Shown: positions 40,153-58,191, counted from the first letter of the stretch. The stretch is DNA of 64,000 bases from Utricularia gibba (GCA_002189035.1 CM007990.1:2170001-2234000), one strand, 5' to 3'. Translations and numbers: made by a program. Notes: generated by a model not told the origin, from the letters alone.

Positions 40153-41724
40153 TTCACCTTGCTCAAAACTCGCTCAAATTTATGTATTTAAACTTTGAGT
40201 ACTAATATGCTTGTGCAACTTATAAGAGTATTAATTTAAAATAGTGCTACTAAGTGACGATTATAACAATGTTCTTTGTTTGATAGAATTATAAAATCAA
40301 CCATGCTACGAAGACCATTTCATCGCTTATGATAACTTGTGTCTTCCTCACACCTAAAACTAACCCCCACACTTCACATCTTACAAACAAATTAGATAGA
40401 ATTTGTCTTACCAACGATGTACTATTGAACTCTTCTGCTTAGGTGCTTGAGGTCAAAAAACATAGTAAATCAATCACATATGCAACACTTACATAAGTAA
40501 GACTTTATCGCAGATCTTTAGCTATTAGCACCTACATGCAAACACTTGATACTAACATAAAAATAAATGTAAAAATAGGGAAAAATATAAAGTAAAAGTG
40601 GTCCAAAAACGTCTCTAATAGTTGAGAAAGTGAAGCATTTATAATAAAGGAAATTCGAATCTTCATATTAAATTTGTTTGATGGACTTGAATAAGATTTT
40701 ATATTCAAATCTTTTATCTAGATTCTCCAAGATTCTCTTTAAATCTTTATTCTATCCACGAATCTTAGACCAAATTTTTATCATTTGACTGAGTTTTGGC
40801 TCAGATTTGTGACCCATCAAACCCATAAATTATTTGAGTATTAATTTCTCATCGAATTGATTCAAAAATGTTCCAAAAATTTACAAAATACACTTTCAAC
40901 TATTAAAGATATCTTTAGACTGCTTTTCTTTTGTATTTTTCCCTATTTTCAATTTTATTTTCATGTTAAAGTTAACCTTGCATATGTAAGTTCTTATTTT
41001 ATGAAGATTTAGATTTCATTTATTCAAATAAATAAAATGATGATAATGATGTTGAAGAAGAAGATATGGTTTATCTTTTTATAAATATTAATATTCTTTT
41101 AAAATTATTAAAAAACTATTTTTTTTTATGATATTGAATTTAAAAATTTTAAGAATTAATGATAAGAGATGATGATTATTTTGGATCTCTCATTATTCCA
41201 GCTATAAATGAACAACATGAGCTCAAATGGGAGCGAAATGGATTATTAAAATTATGCTTTCATTGAAATATTTTATTTATTATACTATTTTTCTTGATAG
41301 TTGTAGTGAATTTATTAAAAAGTTAATTTATACTTTGTATAATCATATTTAAAAAATATATATGTTTTTTAACAAACATGTGAATCAGTGGGCCATTCAT
41401 CCAGAACTATCACAAAAATGGTCCGAGTTATGCATCCCAGTTGAAAACGTGGTTTGGAACATGAATTCATTCGGAGCTTGAGCTCAACGTGTGGGCCTTG
41501 ACAGAATGTGGGTGTCCTGTCCTACCTTATCATCGTCGGTTCCTCCTTTGAAACCGTTAACACCACCGTAGTGGAAGGTCTTTCTTTCCGGAATCAGTCC
41601 CCGTGCAATTTTAATCACTTTACTTATTCCATCATTTTTAGTGAGAACAAAGAAGAATAATGCGCAACACACAAACATGAGTGAACCTTCCTTCACCCTC
41701 TTATAAGAAGCATTGTTTGAATCA

Positions 41725-42037
41725 TCACGGATAGCCGCTGTCGCCGCCGCCACCTCCACCACCGCCACCGCCTACTCCCTTTCCGTAACCGACCGTGGCA
41801 CCCCCGAACCCAAATCCTTTACCATAACCAGAACCTACACCTCCACCACCGCCGCCGCCGCCTGCAGCTGCGTAACCTCCAGGTCCCGAAATGACACCCC
41901 CTCCGCCGCCAAATCCGACGCCTTTCCCAATCTGATCAAACCCCCACTTTTGCTCACCGAGATCACCGGCGCTCAACTGTAGCCCTAACATGAACACTAA
42001 AACAAGGCACAGAGCCTGCTTTCCTTGACATACTCAT
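41725..42037 (-). CDS. Small secreted glycine-rich protein; apparent frameshift just after the start codon
   Basis: Gly-rich frame (GGGGGVISGPGGYAAAGGGGGGGVGSGYGKGFG) preceded in frame by hydrophobic KQALCLVLVFMLGLQLSAG. ATGs at 42037 and 42031 are one base out of frame. TATA-like TCTATAAAAT on the minus strand near 42086-42095. Confidence 0.75.
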
Positions 42038-43829
42038 CGCAATGGCTATACTCACTCCGCATCCATCTGTACAATTCATGTGCCATTTTATAGACGTGGA
42101 TGGATATGCTTTCGCATTAAGTGCCGCCCCAATTAGGAGACCGACACACGAACCTAAGAAACTCCACTTTACTCATGCCATCCACTTTCCTCATGCAGTT
42201 ATGCACATCAACAACATACACAAAAAATTTCCCAAGAACATACCTATTTTACACAAATGGATCAATTGTTGAATCCGATGAGCGTGTACGAAGTCAAATT
42301 ATATAAAATGGATCATATTTGGAAATATTATATCAGATTAATTAATAGTGATTCATAATTTTTTATATATTTGATTATATCAATTTAATTTTTTTATATA
42401 AAGTTGTTTTCTAACACATGTTCAAGTCAAACAGATTTTGATTCAATTAAGATTTGATTTTTTTTTATTATTATAGATATTGTTCGAGGTCAATCTAATT
42501 TTCATTGTAAAAACTCAATGCATCATCTTGGTTCTTTATTTTTAACCAAAATTGTGACCAACATGAAACATATCTTGGCTATTCAAGTATTGTTGCAATA
42601 TAAATGATCTAATATTATATTGAAATTAAGAATTTAACAAGTTGAAAGAGACATGTGTAACATTCAATTACATAAAAAAATATAGATCAAATTTTAAAAA
42701 AATTACTTTAATCAATTAATAATGATTTATAATTTCTTATATTTTTAATCAAATTATTTTAATTTTATATTATTTATTCTAATATCAGTTCGACACTATT
42801 CTGCCAACATTTATTTATTATTATTATTATTACTATATAAAAATGCAACACTAAGGCATGCCTTGTGCAAATAATTAATGACGGGAATAAGCTTTTTAAT
42901 TTACATTGTATTTGCTATGTCATAAAAGCTCACCAAACCTTGAATGCGCGCACATTTGTATCGCACATGGGATGCGACGTGCTGTACAAATAAGCCACCC
43001 CACAAGTCTGATCTCCTGCGTTGTAATTTCTTTTTGTTCGAATCGAGACGCGCATGGATGAAAAACACATGATCCAATGATAATCCATGTGTTCCACTGA
43101 AAATGGAATTATTCTAACTAACTTTTAACAGCAATGCAAGGCAGCAACCCGAAAGTCAGGGGCGGCAGTGAACAGAACAATCCCTTTGACTAGTTATTTG
43201 ATGGAAGAACGATCAGCTATGGTGATTTGGTGCCACGTGTGAGCGATCTTGACTGCTTGAAGATCCAATTGTCCAATAACAACTTATTAGAACCGATAAG
43301 AACTCTCCTATCCTTCTGATCAGTTGGTTTTGCATTGAGGATTTCGTTTAATTCGTGAAGTCAACTCAGTCATTATATAGGTGAATCTTCCTTCTTCCTC
43401 TGTTGACTTTGTGGCAAAGATTTGGGTTTCTGACTACTTTATCTGGCATGCTGCTGTTGTCAATCCCAGAATCCATGGGTCTTTAGAGAAGAGTCGCAAG
43501 TCCCTGCAGCTACTGCGAGCCCCCACTTTCTCTTTTTACTTTCTGCAGCAACGGGAAATCATTTAGGAATCGGGGAATGGGCTGGTGAAGGTGAGGATGG
43601 GCTCTGTGTGTGCGCATAGGAGCCACGCTTGATTTGGCTGGGAAACAGAAGAATGTGTTCAAGTGATGTATAAAAGGAAACATACAAATATGCATATGCA
43701 GAGCAGAAAGGGCAGCAACAAGAACAAAGCATAAACTAGTAACTAGAGGAAATCTTTCACACTTTATTCATCATAATTATGCCTTATAAAGGTACTTATA
43801 TGGACAGATACAGGAGTTACAAGAGTGTT

Positions 43830-44900
43830 GCTAATTTCAGAACCATTATAACCTTATCTAAATAACACTTCCTCTTGATAACATAATGAAAACGTAAATA
43901 ACACTTCCTCTTGAATGTGAGTATTGATTGGAAAGAAAGTTTTGTGGTGTACTGAAGATGATTCTCAACTCCGGTTCCGTCTTTGATGGTGCGTTTTAGG
44001 GGCTTTTATAGATGTTCCTAGAAGATTCAATCCCCGAGGTTATGAGGCATTCTAGATTTTCTCCCTTTGATAAGGTGCTATAGTTTCCTTCCAAGCCACC
44101 ATCGGATTAGGGGAGGTTGTGTGAATTTCTCCTTTCCATATATCCAGAGTAGATAGGTAGGTGGCTTCACCGAACTCGCCAACCATTCAATAATTCTGGT
44201 CTCATGAGCTTGAGAAAAATCTAGTGGGTTGGTCTTGTCCAAAGCATCAAGTGCTGCCTTTCATACATGTTACCGGGAAGGAAAAATGGCATTTACTTAT
44301 TTTCTCATTTTTCTTCAACTTTCACTTGTCAACCTTACCATCTAACTAAGCTCTGCTTGACAAGGCCTAAAGAAGGGAAACTGAGCCTGACAAGGTGAAC
44401 CTTGTCAAAGATTTGTCCCGCAGGGCATGTAATAAGATCTCTTAGGGGTATTCACCATTGCTCGAGACTCGATAAGCTCCTGCTGGTGTCGAGTTATAAC
44501 TTCACATACTACACAATAAAATTCTATAGCGTATAACTGAAATGGGGGGGAATATGCCACTTTTGGTAGAAGATAATGTCTGAGGACAGACCGCGAAATT
44601 ACAATCTTTTCAATACCTCTTTTTGCACGTATAATAGGACCACCTCATGAGTGCACACTATTCTTCCCTCATCAAGTATCTTTGATTATAAGTTTTTTCA
44701 TCTGTGGGATGCTTACATGCATAAGCTATAGTGATATTTTGTCTACTTTTTACTGGTTTGGGGCTATTAGTGATAGCTATCCTTACATGCATAGGCCCCA
44801 AACTTGTCGAGTCATTTGATGTTTGTTTTGGGGCTATGACTCTTTACACATGACATTATGTAGATAGAATTATTTTACACTTGATAATTCTCCACATCTT
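43830..44900. mobile_element. Decayed LTR-retrotransposon-like non-coding remnant (Tat-like)
   Basis: TG start at ~43828, CTTTTATAG motif, G-run tracts, and a 20-bp tandem duplication TAAATAACACTTCCTCTTGA. No intact domain seen. Confidence 0.3.
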
Positions 44901-45228
44901 TTACATGGAAACTCATGTAGTGGAACATGAAATAATTCACATGATATTTTTAAGATGTCGTCATTGAGGCGAGACTCAACAAGGAAGCATTCCCTCCCTC
45001 CACGGTGCCCAAATGATTTGAAACGAACTTGTTAGAATATGCAGAAGGTTTAACGTAAAATTAGATCAAATATGACATTTTCTTCAAAGTAAAAATGATT
45101 TTGTACCGGTAAGCTTTTGGTGTAGCTAGAAATGCACTTCCCCATCACATTAAAAACGATCAATTTCGATTAGATATTCCAAGTTCTCCGGTTCCATCTT
45201 TTGCTTCTCTCTTCACACTTGGCGCGGT

Positions 45229-49219
<3,991 letters not shown>

Positions 49220-50197
49220 CTTTGATCCTCGCCAGCCCTAAAGATTCAAAAAGATCACCCTTCATACAGTGTGCAAAAAATCACATAGAAGTGAAGCAAC
49301 TCAAAGTGAAAGGAAAAACGCATATTAAGTCCCTTTAAAGCCACCATGGTGACAGGATAAAAAAGCTCTAAAAGTGACTGAAGCATGCCTCTCCTATCAC
49401 AACCTTAAAACATTTCACGCTCTACATATCTCCACGAAATACATGATGTTAGGCTAAGCTCAATGAAATGTAAACGAGTATGAAACTCCAAGTATACCAG
49501 GAATCCAGATTAAGGTGAAAAAAGGAAATAAAGGATCAGGTACGAATGCTGTGCTTCGTAATCCACCGACGCCGCGGCCACGGAGCAGAGAGTAGCAGAG
49601 GCGGGAGAGGATATTACCTTGGGTCACTAACAGGGTTTTAGACCGTTGAAAATATTTCAATTGGGCCTTTTATGCTGTTTTATGTCAGTTTATTTATGTT
49701 ATTAATTACATTATTCGACCTCCCTAATAAAAATACATCGTTTGTTTATCATTGTTATCATCCGATTGTAAGAATACTAATATACTGAGCTTGTTAAAAA
49801 TACTCTCTCACACCTACGGAAGAGGTGAGTGATGGGGTCCCCATTCAAAAATGTGCCTCTGTCACATTAACATGTTTCTCATTTATATACATTCAAAAAT
49901 TATTTTTCTTCTCAAACCCTAGTCGCTATGTTTTTTCTTGTTGATCTTCGATTGTTATAACGTAAACCTCTATTCTCGAATATGAAACATATAATTTATT
50001 ATATACTTTATAATTAAGTATATACATATCTAATTATACTATACTTAAATATATTAATATTTTACTATCAACGATATATTATAAACATAACTAGACTTTC
50101 ATTGGACACATTCAAAATGCATTTAATTGGAATGCAACGCAAATTAGTTTCTTTTTATTCAATGGTTGACTACAAGGCAAATTGATGCATTTTGATT

Positions 50198-50507
50198 TCA
50201 AAGTGGCTATCCCTTTTATGTAGCTTCAACTCCAACAATTTGCTCACTTTGTTGGAGTCATGATTCAACAAAAATGGGATATCACTTTCGCATAAAAATG
50301 GAGTCATGGCTATCCATTTTTTATCGTAAAATGGATAAAATGCATTCAACTCCAACAAAAATGCCCATTTTTCAAATGCATGGATAGCCATGACTCAACA
50401 AAATGGGATATCCCTTTTGCAGAAAAATGCATAAAATGGAGTCATGACTCCAACAAAGTGGGCAAATTGTTGGAGTTGAAGCTACATAAAAGGGGTAGCT
50501 ATTTTGA
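50198..50507. repeat. ~310-bp foldback (MITE-like) with nested inverted repeats
   Basis: Arms 50207-50263 and 50442-50498 match at 55/57. Inner perfect 16-bp IR at 50301-50316 and 50381-50396. 16-bp palindrome TGGAGTCATGACTCCA at 50437-50452. Confidence 0.85.
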
Positions 50508-50989
50508 GAGGGCAAATTTCTTCTCCCACCAAGGTTTAGATAGAGAATTTCAAAACATCACTAACATTATCTTTTATTGTTAAATAAATTTTCACATCAA
50601 TATTTTATATTATTTTTTGAATGTAAATTTACATAAATACACTCTTCTTGAAAAAAATACATTTAATTATATTTTATATTGAAAAATTTAAATATAATAT
50701 ATTATAATTCAACTATATTACAATATTTATATCAACTAATAAGTTAAAACATAATCGATTAAATGCATGCACAAATTATACAATAAAACATAAAATAGTT
50801 GCATAAGCAATATTATTTAAATTAAAATCTTAAAGTCTCGAAATTATATCCATTTAAATATCTGAAATTGAAATTAATCAACTCTTGATTTTTTCTTCAA
50901 ATGTATATGAGGTAAACTATTTGAAAATGGTTTTGATTTAGTATGATCTCTAATAATCACTTTTTTTACTGGATTGTGAATAAAATTAA

Positions 50990-53400
50990 ATGGAGACACA
51001 CTTCATCCACTCTTAGGAATTGGTGGATTAAATTGACTTTTGTATATTTTCGCAAGTATTTTTATTTAATAATATTTTGAAATATAAGAACTTAAATTTT
51101 CATTGAATTCCTTATACACCTAGGATAGAAACAAAGTTAACAATTATTATGATATTGTAAGTAACATGATATATCATAAGATAATTCTTACTTGAATAGC
51201 ATGCGAACACATAATAGTTTTATGTTGTCACTTTCCATAAATATATGTCAAATCTGTCGAACAAACAATATAATAATGTCTGTTTTTTCTAGAACTTTTG
51301 ATTTGAGACATCATGATGACACTCATTTACTCTGCATTGTATTTCTTGATCTTATAGTTAGTTGATTTTTTATTACATCTCCTATAAACAAAGAGTGAAT
51401 ATGGAGTAAATAATTAGCCCCTTTCCATGAGTAAATCCATCTTCGCTTTATTATTAGTGGAAATCTTAACACATCGCTCGAAATGGACTCAACAAGAGCT
51501 TTTGGAGGTAGTCTTCGTGCTCCACGTAAAACATTGTTTAATGATTCAGAGATACTTGTGATATATATACCATATTTACAAAAATAAGAATTATAAGGTT
51601 AACATAGTAATAATTTGAATAAAATTATTCCATTTTGAATTACCTTTTGCCATTGTCATACAATAATGTCTATCGATTTGCATCGATTTTATGAAGATAC
51701 TCAAATACTGTTGCATTCTAATTTCTGAAATTGGACATGAAATTGACAAGTAGATGTTGCATACAAAATCTGTAATATCTCATAGGTTCATTGAAAGTAA
51801 TTATATCCTTAATTGCAAATAACAATCTTGGACCATGATTAGTTATTACACAAATACGACATTCTTTCATAGTATGCTTAATTAAAATGTTAAAAAATCA
51901 ATAGTAGAATTCATAAGATTCTTCCTTAATTATAACAAATGCAAGTGGAATTATAGTGCGATCATCATCAAGTATGTATAATATTAGAAGGTGATATCTA
52001 TATTTTGCATATAGATATGTTTTATCAATAGTAATAACCGATCAACAATATCGAAAAACATGAACACATGACCCAAAGCCCAAAATACATGGTGTAATAT
52101 TAATTTGTTATTATGTAAACAAAGATTTTCATATTCAAAAATGGTATTTGTGATAAAAAAAATATTAGTAAACATCAATGCTCGTAAAATAATAAAATGA
52201 ATTACTTTGGATGGTTTACTTGATAAATAACAAATAGAAAGGAAGCTTTGTTATAGATTCCTTCCAAGTATCATATATATGCATGATAATATTGCTATCA
52301 TTTCTAATAGTAATGCTATATAAACCCATATCCTTGGATTCACTTTAACCTTACTCATGATATAAAAAGACATACATTTTAACCAGTTCTGGAATTATTA
52401 AAAAAGCAAGTATGAGTCCTCTTGTATTATGTCACAGTCCAAAATTGAGTGACATTGTTATTCCATACCCTAACATGCCATTCATATAAAAGCGTTGCAT
52501 TTTAGTGAATACAATTTATTTCATATTGCTTGTTATTACTATTTTCAACATGGAAAGATTTTTTTAGCTTCGTGATACAGTAATAATTCAATGCTTCCTT
52601 CATAGAAGTTTTATCTTTAAAAAAACCTCCTTGCATGGATTGCTAGCTATTCTATTGAAGAAGTTTAAGTCTTTTTAAACTCAAACGTCGTGGGAATTTT
52701 CATTGTAACATTGTTTTCATAATATATGTCTTCTATTTCTTCATCATCATCATCACTTGAAGAAAGTGCAAATGGAATAATTTCTTATATTATTTTATAT
52801 TCAATTTACTTAGTAGCATCTTCCTCATATAAATGATCTCAATCCCATAATGTGTTTTCATCACAAGGTGATTCGAGTGGTGAAAGATTGTGATATGTTG
52901 ATTATGATTGATTAATGTTTCTTCAATATTAACTAGAGATTAAAAATGTAACATACCATTAATCTACTTTAATCATATGAATTAAAAAAAACTTTTAAAT
53001 GTAATTTAAACTAATAATAATATAATTTATTTAGAAAAAAACAATTTACATATCATTGTGTTGTTGAATAACTAAATTCATGAAACTTGGAGTTGTATTA
53101 ATATGCATATCAGTACTTAAAACTATATGACTTTGATTAAAAATCAAAGATAAATTATCATTCATTTGATCAAGAGAATGACATTACTTTTAAAAACTCA
53201 TTTTTGGATCTATAACAATATAATTCACAATAATATTAATAGAATACTCAATTGAAAATAATTGTATAACTTCAAAAATCAACAACGATAACATGAATAT
53301 TGAAGTATCTAAAGCAACCTAAGTAGAAAATCGTAATGGTGAGTCATAGCACACACCATTGTTTTCATAAAATAAGTTATCTTCCTAATATAATTGGATC
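50990..53400 (-). pseudogene. Heavily decayed MULE transposase
   Basis: LHHVFWALGHVF (MULE-domain entry, ORF 51984-52178) and a SWIM-like GK*QHKTIMCSHA near 51200-51240. Very fragmented. Confidence 0.55.
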
Positions 53401-54049
53401 TCAATTAGAGAGTAAGCTATTGAAATTATGGGAGAAAGAAGAGGGGAAAAATGATAATATGATAAATGTATTCCATAATATTTTTAGCTTTTGAATTTTA
53501 AATTGGAAAAAAAGACAAATGAATTTAATGTTATACTAAATTTTTTTTAGAATTTCAATGCTAAAATCTAAATATGACAATATTACATGTATATTATTGC
53601 ACTGAATGGATTATTTATGATATAATATATATATATAATAAATACAATATTCTATTTATGTGAATTTACATTCAAAAATTAAACACAAAATGCTATTATG
53701 GAAATTTGATTAAACACTAAAGTACAAAGTTGATCATGTTTTTGAATTCTTTTTCCAATATTTGATGGTAGAAAGAATTTTCTCTCCTTTGAGATGTTCT
53801 AGATATTAGGGTAAATTCCTTCTCGCATCATCTATTAGAGAGAGAATTACAAGATATAATCAACTTGTCATTTAGTGGTAAACTTAATTTTCACATTATT
53901 TTTTGTATTTATTTTTTAATGTATATTTATTGGAGAGAGAATTACTAATGTGTTTATTGGTTTTTATATTCCTTGTCAAAATAAAAATCCATTCAAACAT
54001 TATGTGTTAAATAGATCGAATATATATTTTATTAATTTTAAATTTTTAT

Positions 54050-54400
54050 TCATACTAGATCCTTAGATTGGCATTGGATCCAGTAAATATTTTTTTTAAT
54101 TTTAAATTTTTATTAACATTATCTTCTTAGATTTTCTTTGAATCGAGTACATATTTTTAATTTTAAATTATTATCACCACTTGATCTTTAGTCTCTTGTT
54201 AGATCAAGTGCATATTTTAATTTTTATTAGTCTTTGATCCTTAGGTTCTTGTTGGATCGAGTGTATATATTTTTACTTTTTAATTTTTATTCACGCTATA
54301 TCCTTAGACTCTCGTTAAATTGAGTACATATTTTTTTATTTTAATTTTTTATTAGCACTCAATCCTTAAGCTTTCTATAAATCGAGTGCATATTTTTTTG
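54050..54400. repeat. Diverged minisatellite, six ~60-bp units
   Basis: CTTAG-type anchors at 54062, 54126, 54186, 54240, 54303 and 54365, each followed by an ATCGAGT(A/G)CATATTTT-like core and a T-rich tail. Confidence 0.75.
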
Positions 54401-55201
54401 AGAAAAGGGAGATTGAAACGCACGCATTCACTTTTCATTGTAATACACAAAATCCTATACGGGCATGGGTTAAAATGTAAAGGAAAAACATAGGAATTCA
54501 ATGAGTGAAACACACGTATTCACCTTTCTTTACAATGGAAAGTGAATATATAGTTGTGCTATATTGGAAAAACATATATTAATGAATAATATATAGATAT
54601 TTTGATAAAGGAAAAATTTGTAGATATTGTAAGTATACAAAGTTCTCTATCAAATAAAATTTATAAACTTAATTCATAACCAATTATATAAAAAATATGA
54701 ATATAATGGAATAAAGTCGAACACATGAAACTAAGTAATTGTGATGTAAAGATTGATAGAAGTATTTGGTGGAGGTCTCACAATAATCCTAAGTGGATTG
54801 CTACAGTTAGGAGTGTTTTGTTCATTTTTTTTTTTTGAAGAGATGTTTTGTTGGTCTTTTTCAGAACATCAAAGACCTGTTGATTTTTTCTAGTAGAAAT
54901 GTTTCTCTTTAATGTGAACATCAAGTTTGGGCGCACCGGAGATGCAACTGGACAGGAGAATGGAAAAGGTTACTCCCTGTTGCTGTGATGGTCGGGGTAT
55001 CTCTTATAAACATAACCAGCCTTTAATTGGACACATTCAAAATGCATTTAATTGGAATGCAACGCAAATTCCTTTATTTTGTTTTGAATAGCGGAATAGG
55101 AGGCAAATTGGTGCATTTTGATTTCGAAATGGTTCCTCCCTTTTATGATACGCCGATCCCAGAACGGACAGCACACCACCTCGGCTTCGACTCCAGCAAA
55201 A

Positions 55202-57843
55202 ATGCCCTCCTCCGCATTCAAATCCACGACTCAGCGGACCCCAATCTCCCCTGCTGCTGCTGCTGCAGCCGCCGGAAACTCCAGCGCGCGCCCTTTGCGA
55301 CGTTCTCGTAGTCATTCCCGATTTCCGCGTCCGATTTCTCCCTCATCTGAGGACGACTACAATAGGATCGTGCCGAGGGGCAAGTTTGTGAACACTGCCA
55401 GGGGCTCGTCGACGCCGTTTTCGGAGATCAGCTTGGATGATCTAGCGCTTGAGTTCTTCTCTTCTTCTTCCTCTTCTTCCACATTCAAAAACGACAACGT
55501 GCCCGAACGTGAGCGTCGGGAGAGTAGGAGGTGGGCTAGTGACACGGCATCGTCCAGCAGAAGGGGGAGATCGGTTTCTGTCAGCCGCAGGGATGCAGCT
55601 GCCTGCTCCACCGTTAAGGGCAAAAATGCTACTTCATCCGATGCGGTTTCCCGGCGGCGGAGGTCACTTTCCGTGGTTCGAAACCAGGTTCAGGTTACTC
55701 CGTTACCTTTGAAATTAACGGTTATTATTCAAAATTCAGGAGGTTAATTCTGCGGGGGGGTTTCAGTTTTTGGCTAATTCATTGGGGAGATATCAAAATT
55801 GGCATCAGATGACGTTTTTCGTTTACGGTGCAGTGGCTCATGTATTTGAGAAAATGTGTCCAGAGCTTGATATCTGCATTTGTAATATGTTACCAGTACT
55901 GTACTCGAGGAGATGAATTCATGCCTTTTCATTACATTGCCAATACAGACTGATGTACATTCTCATAAATCAAGGAGTCGGGCTACTTCAAATGCTTCCT
56001 TTGGTGATAATGGCGGAATTCGTCCATCAGTGAATCGCTTCAGCGTGAATGAACTGCACAAGGGAAGGTCTCGAAGCCGCACTGATATTTATCCTTTCCC
56101 ATGCTATGATTACTCAGTAAGATCTGCTTCTCTTTCCCTCGTACGCAGCTGCTATTATTCCATTTTACATATTCAAATACAAGTTTGTATATGCAGCGGT
56201 TTGATAAAAGCATGATGTGCTGATACTTAATTGTCTAATCTTTTCAGAGCCAATCTTCAGCCCTGACAGATGATGAATCAAAGGATATTCAGGTTGGGAA
56301 AACTGCATTTGGGAAGGCATATGAGGCTGCTTATTCTCTGGAAAAGGTGTAATATCATGCCTCGCTTCCGTTAAGATTTTCCAGGCTACTATTTGGGATC
56401 GCAAGGATACTATTGTTTGTTTATTTTTTTGGTTGGTATGTTGAGGCTAACCATTGAACTCAGGATTTTGAGAGTGGACTATATGAAGCAATGAGAAAAG
56501 AGCTCAGATGTGCTGTTGAGGAGATTCGATCTGAGTTCAATCAGGTAACGTAGTCTTTGTGGTTGTTGACATTTTTTAGTTATTCATTTTTTGAGCACCC
56601 GTATGTTTGCTGAAACACAGCTGAGGACACATGGTGACTGCATTCAAATGGAAAACTCAGTGAGCCATCGGGAGTTGCCTATAGTCCCAGAAAAGTGTGC
56701 ACCAAAGTTGAGAAAGGTGTTCAAGCTACACCTAAATCTTCTCATTTAAAAAAAAAAAATCATATAACACCCTTTCAGTCGCTTTATGACAACAATGAGC
56801 AATATTTATCTCTGTCGTTCATTCCTCTATGAAAACTGAAATGAAATGATCTGAAGTAGTTAGCAAATTGGGCAACAACTTCATCTTTATGGTCTTCGCT
56901 GAGGCAAAATTTTTTTCCCATTTATGTTTTTGATTTTACTGCTACCGTTTATAACTTTGATACTTCATTGTGCACTGACGGTAATAGTTCTCCTATTCTG
57001 GTGTTAATAGAGAAGCTGCGACAGAGGCAGTGTTTCAGAAGCTTTGATTGAGGAGGCCGAAAAATATTTTGTGGACTTCATTTGTAATATTGACGCAGAC
57101 AGATCTTCCATCGATGAAGAGAAAACCGATGAGGGTTCCTCCTTTGGAGTTGGAGGGGTTGTTGAAGTACCAGATGCACCAAACACAGACTATGCAGGTT
57201 CCATTTATGGAGGATTAACTAAAGCAACTGATGTTTCACCCAGAGAGCATGGAAGTTTCATAACTCCAAGGATCCACACTGCTGAAATGGACGGCGTTGT
57301 TCTGCCCTGGTTGCAATGGGAAACAGTTGAGAACAGTTACTCTTCATCAAGTGCGAAAAATGAGCCATCTTCCGTGAGTTGTACGCCTCAAAAATGTGAA
57401 CCCAACAAGGTTTGCTCATTCTTTGATTTTTCTTCCAAGATGTAGTCAGCCATTTGTAGATCTTTCTTATGGTAGCAACTATTCAGAAGCATGAATTCGC
57501 ATGCGTTATCCATAGTTCGCTTTGAAATGTTGAGGTTTTGTAGTTTCTAAGCTGGCTGAGGGTCTTCGAGGCTTCGTGTTCTTTTTTTCTTGTCTAAGAA
57601 ACGTAGTTCAAGTGTAGTGAATTTGCAAGATGTGTTCTTTTTCAGGAGGGTGAATTGGATGGCGATTCAGCGAGCAGTAGTTGCAGTCACGGTGGCAGTT
57701 GGATTCCTTGCCAGGGAAAACGCATTAACGTAGAGGAATACCTCAGCCTGCGCGACGACGACCAACTTGTGTTTGAGATGTACAGAGAAAAAAACAGAAT
57801 CCACACCGGAGGTTTGTTGATGTGTCGCCCTACTCTTTATTGA
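55202..57843 (+). CDS. Plant-specific uncharacterised Ser/Arg-rich coiled-coil protein (resembles the AT5G50350 type), multi-exon
   Basis: MPSSAFKSTT, RGKFVNTARGS..FSEISLDDLA, RRRSLSV, SSALTDDE, DFESGLYEAMRKELRCAVEEIRSE, EEAEKYF, EMDGVVLPWLQWET and a terminal GGLLMC. Some internal exon boundaries (55.7 kb, 56.7-57.0 kb) not resolved. Confidence 0.8.
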
Positions 57844-58191
57844 TGCATCCCTTTTCCCCCCTGGCATTCGTGCTAGCTGCTTCATACATTTCACCCATTC
57901 GGAAGTTAACTTTTCAATGTTCCAACATTTTCGGCAATTCAACCGCAAGAATGGATGGAAAAGCCTTTTTTCTATTCAATGTACGGTTGCAACATACACA
58001 GGAATTACTTCAAAATGACCATCGAAATCAGTTTTTAAAAATTGGAACATCAGGAGCTTTAAAAAGGCAGCTGGGTTTGCAGAGTACCATTTTGTGCTGT
58101 TATCATAATTATTCTAACTCAAACGAAGCCATCCGCCATGCTGCCAAGAGACTAACGAACCAGAGTAGTATCATCAAAAAAAGGATAATCA

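Noticed and set aside
54050-54400. CRISPR-like appearance (conserved core with variable linkers)
   Set aside because: Eukaryotic spliced-gene context, degenerate repeats, related linkers and no cas genes; it is a minisatellite.
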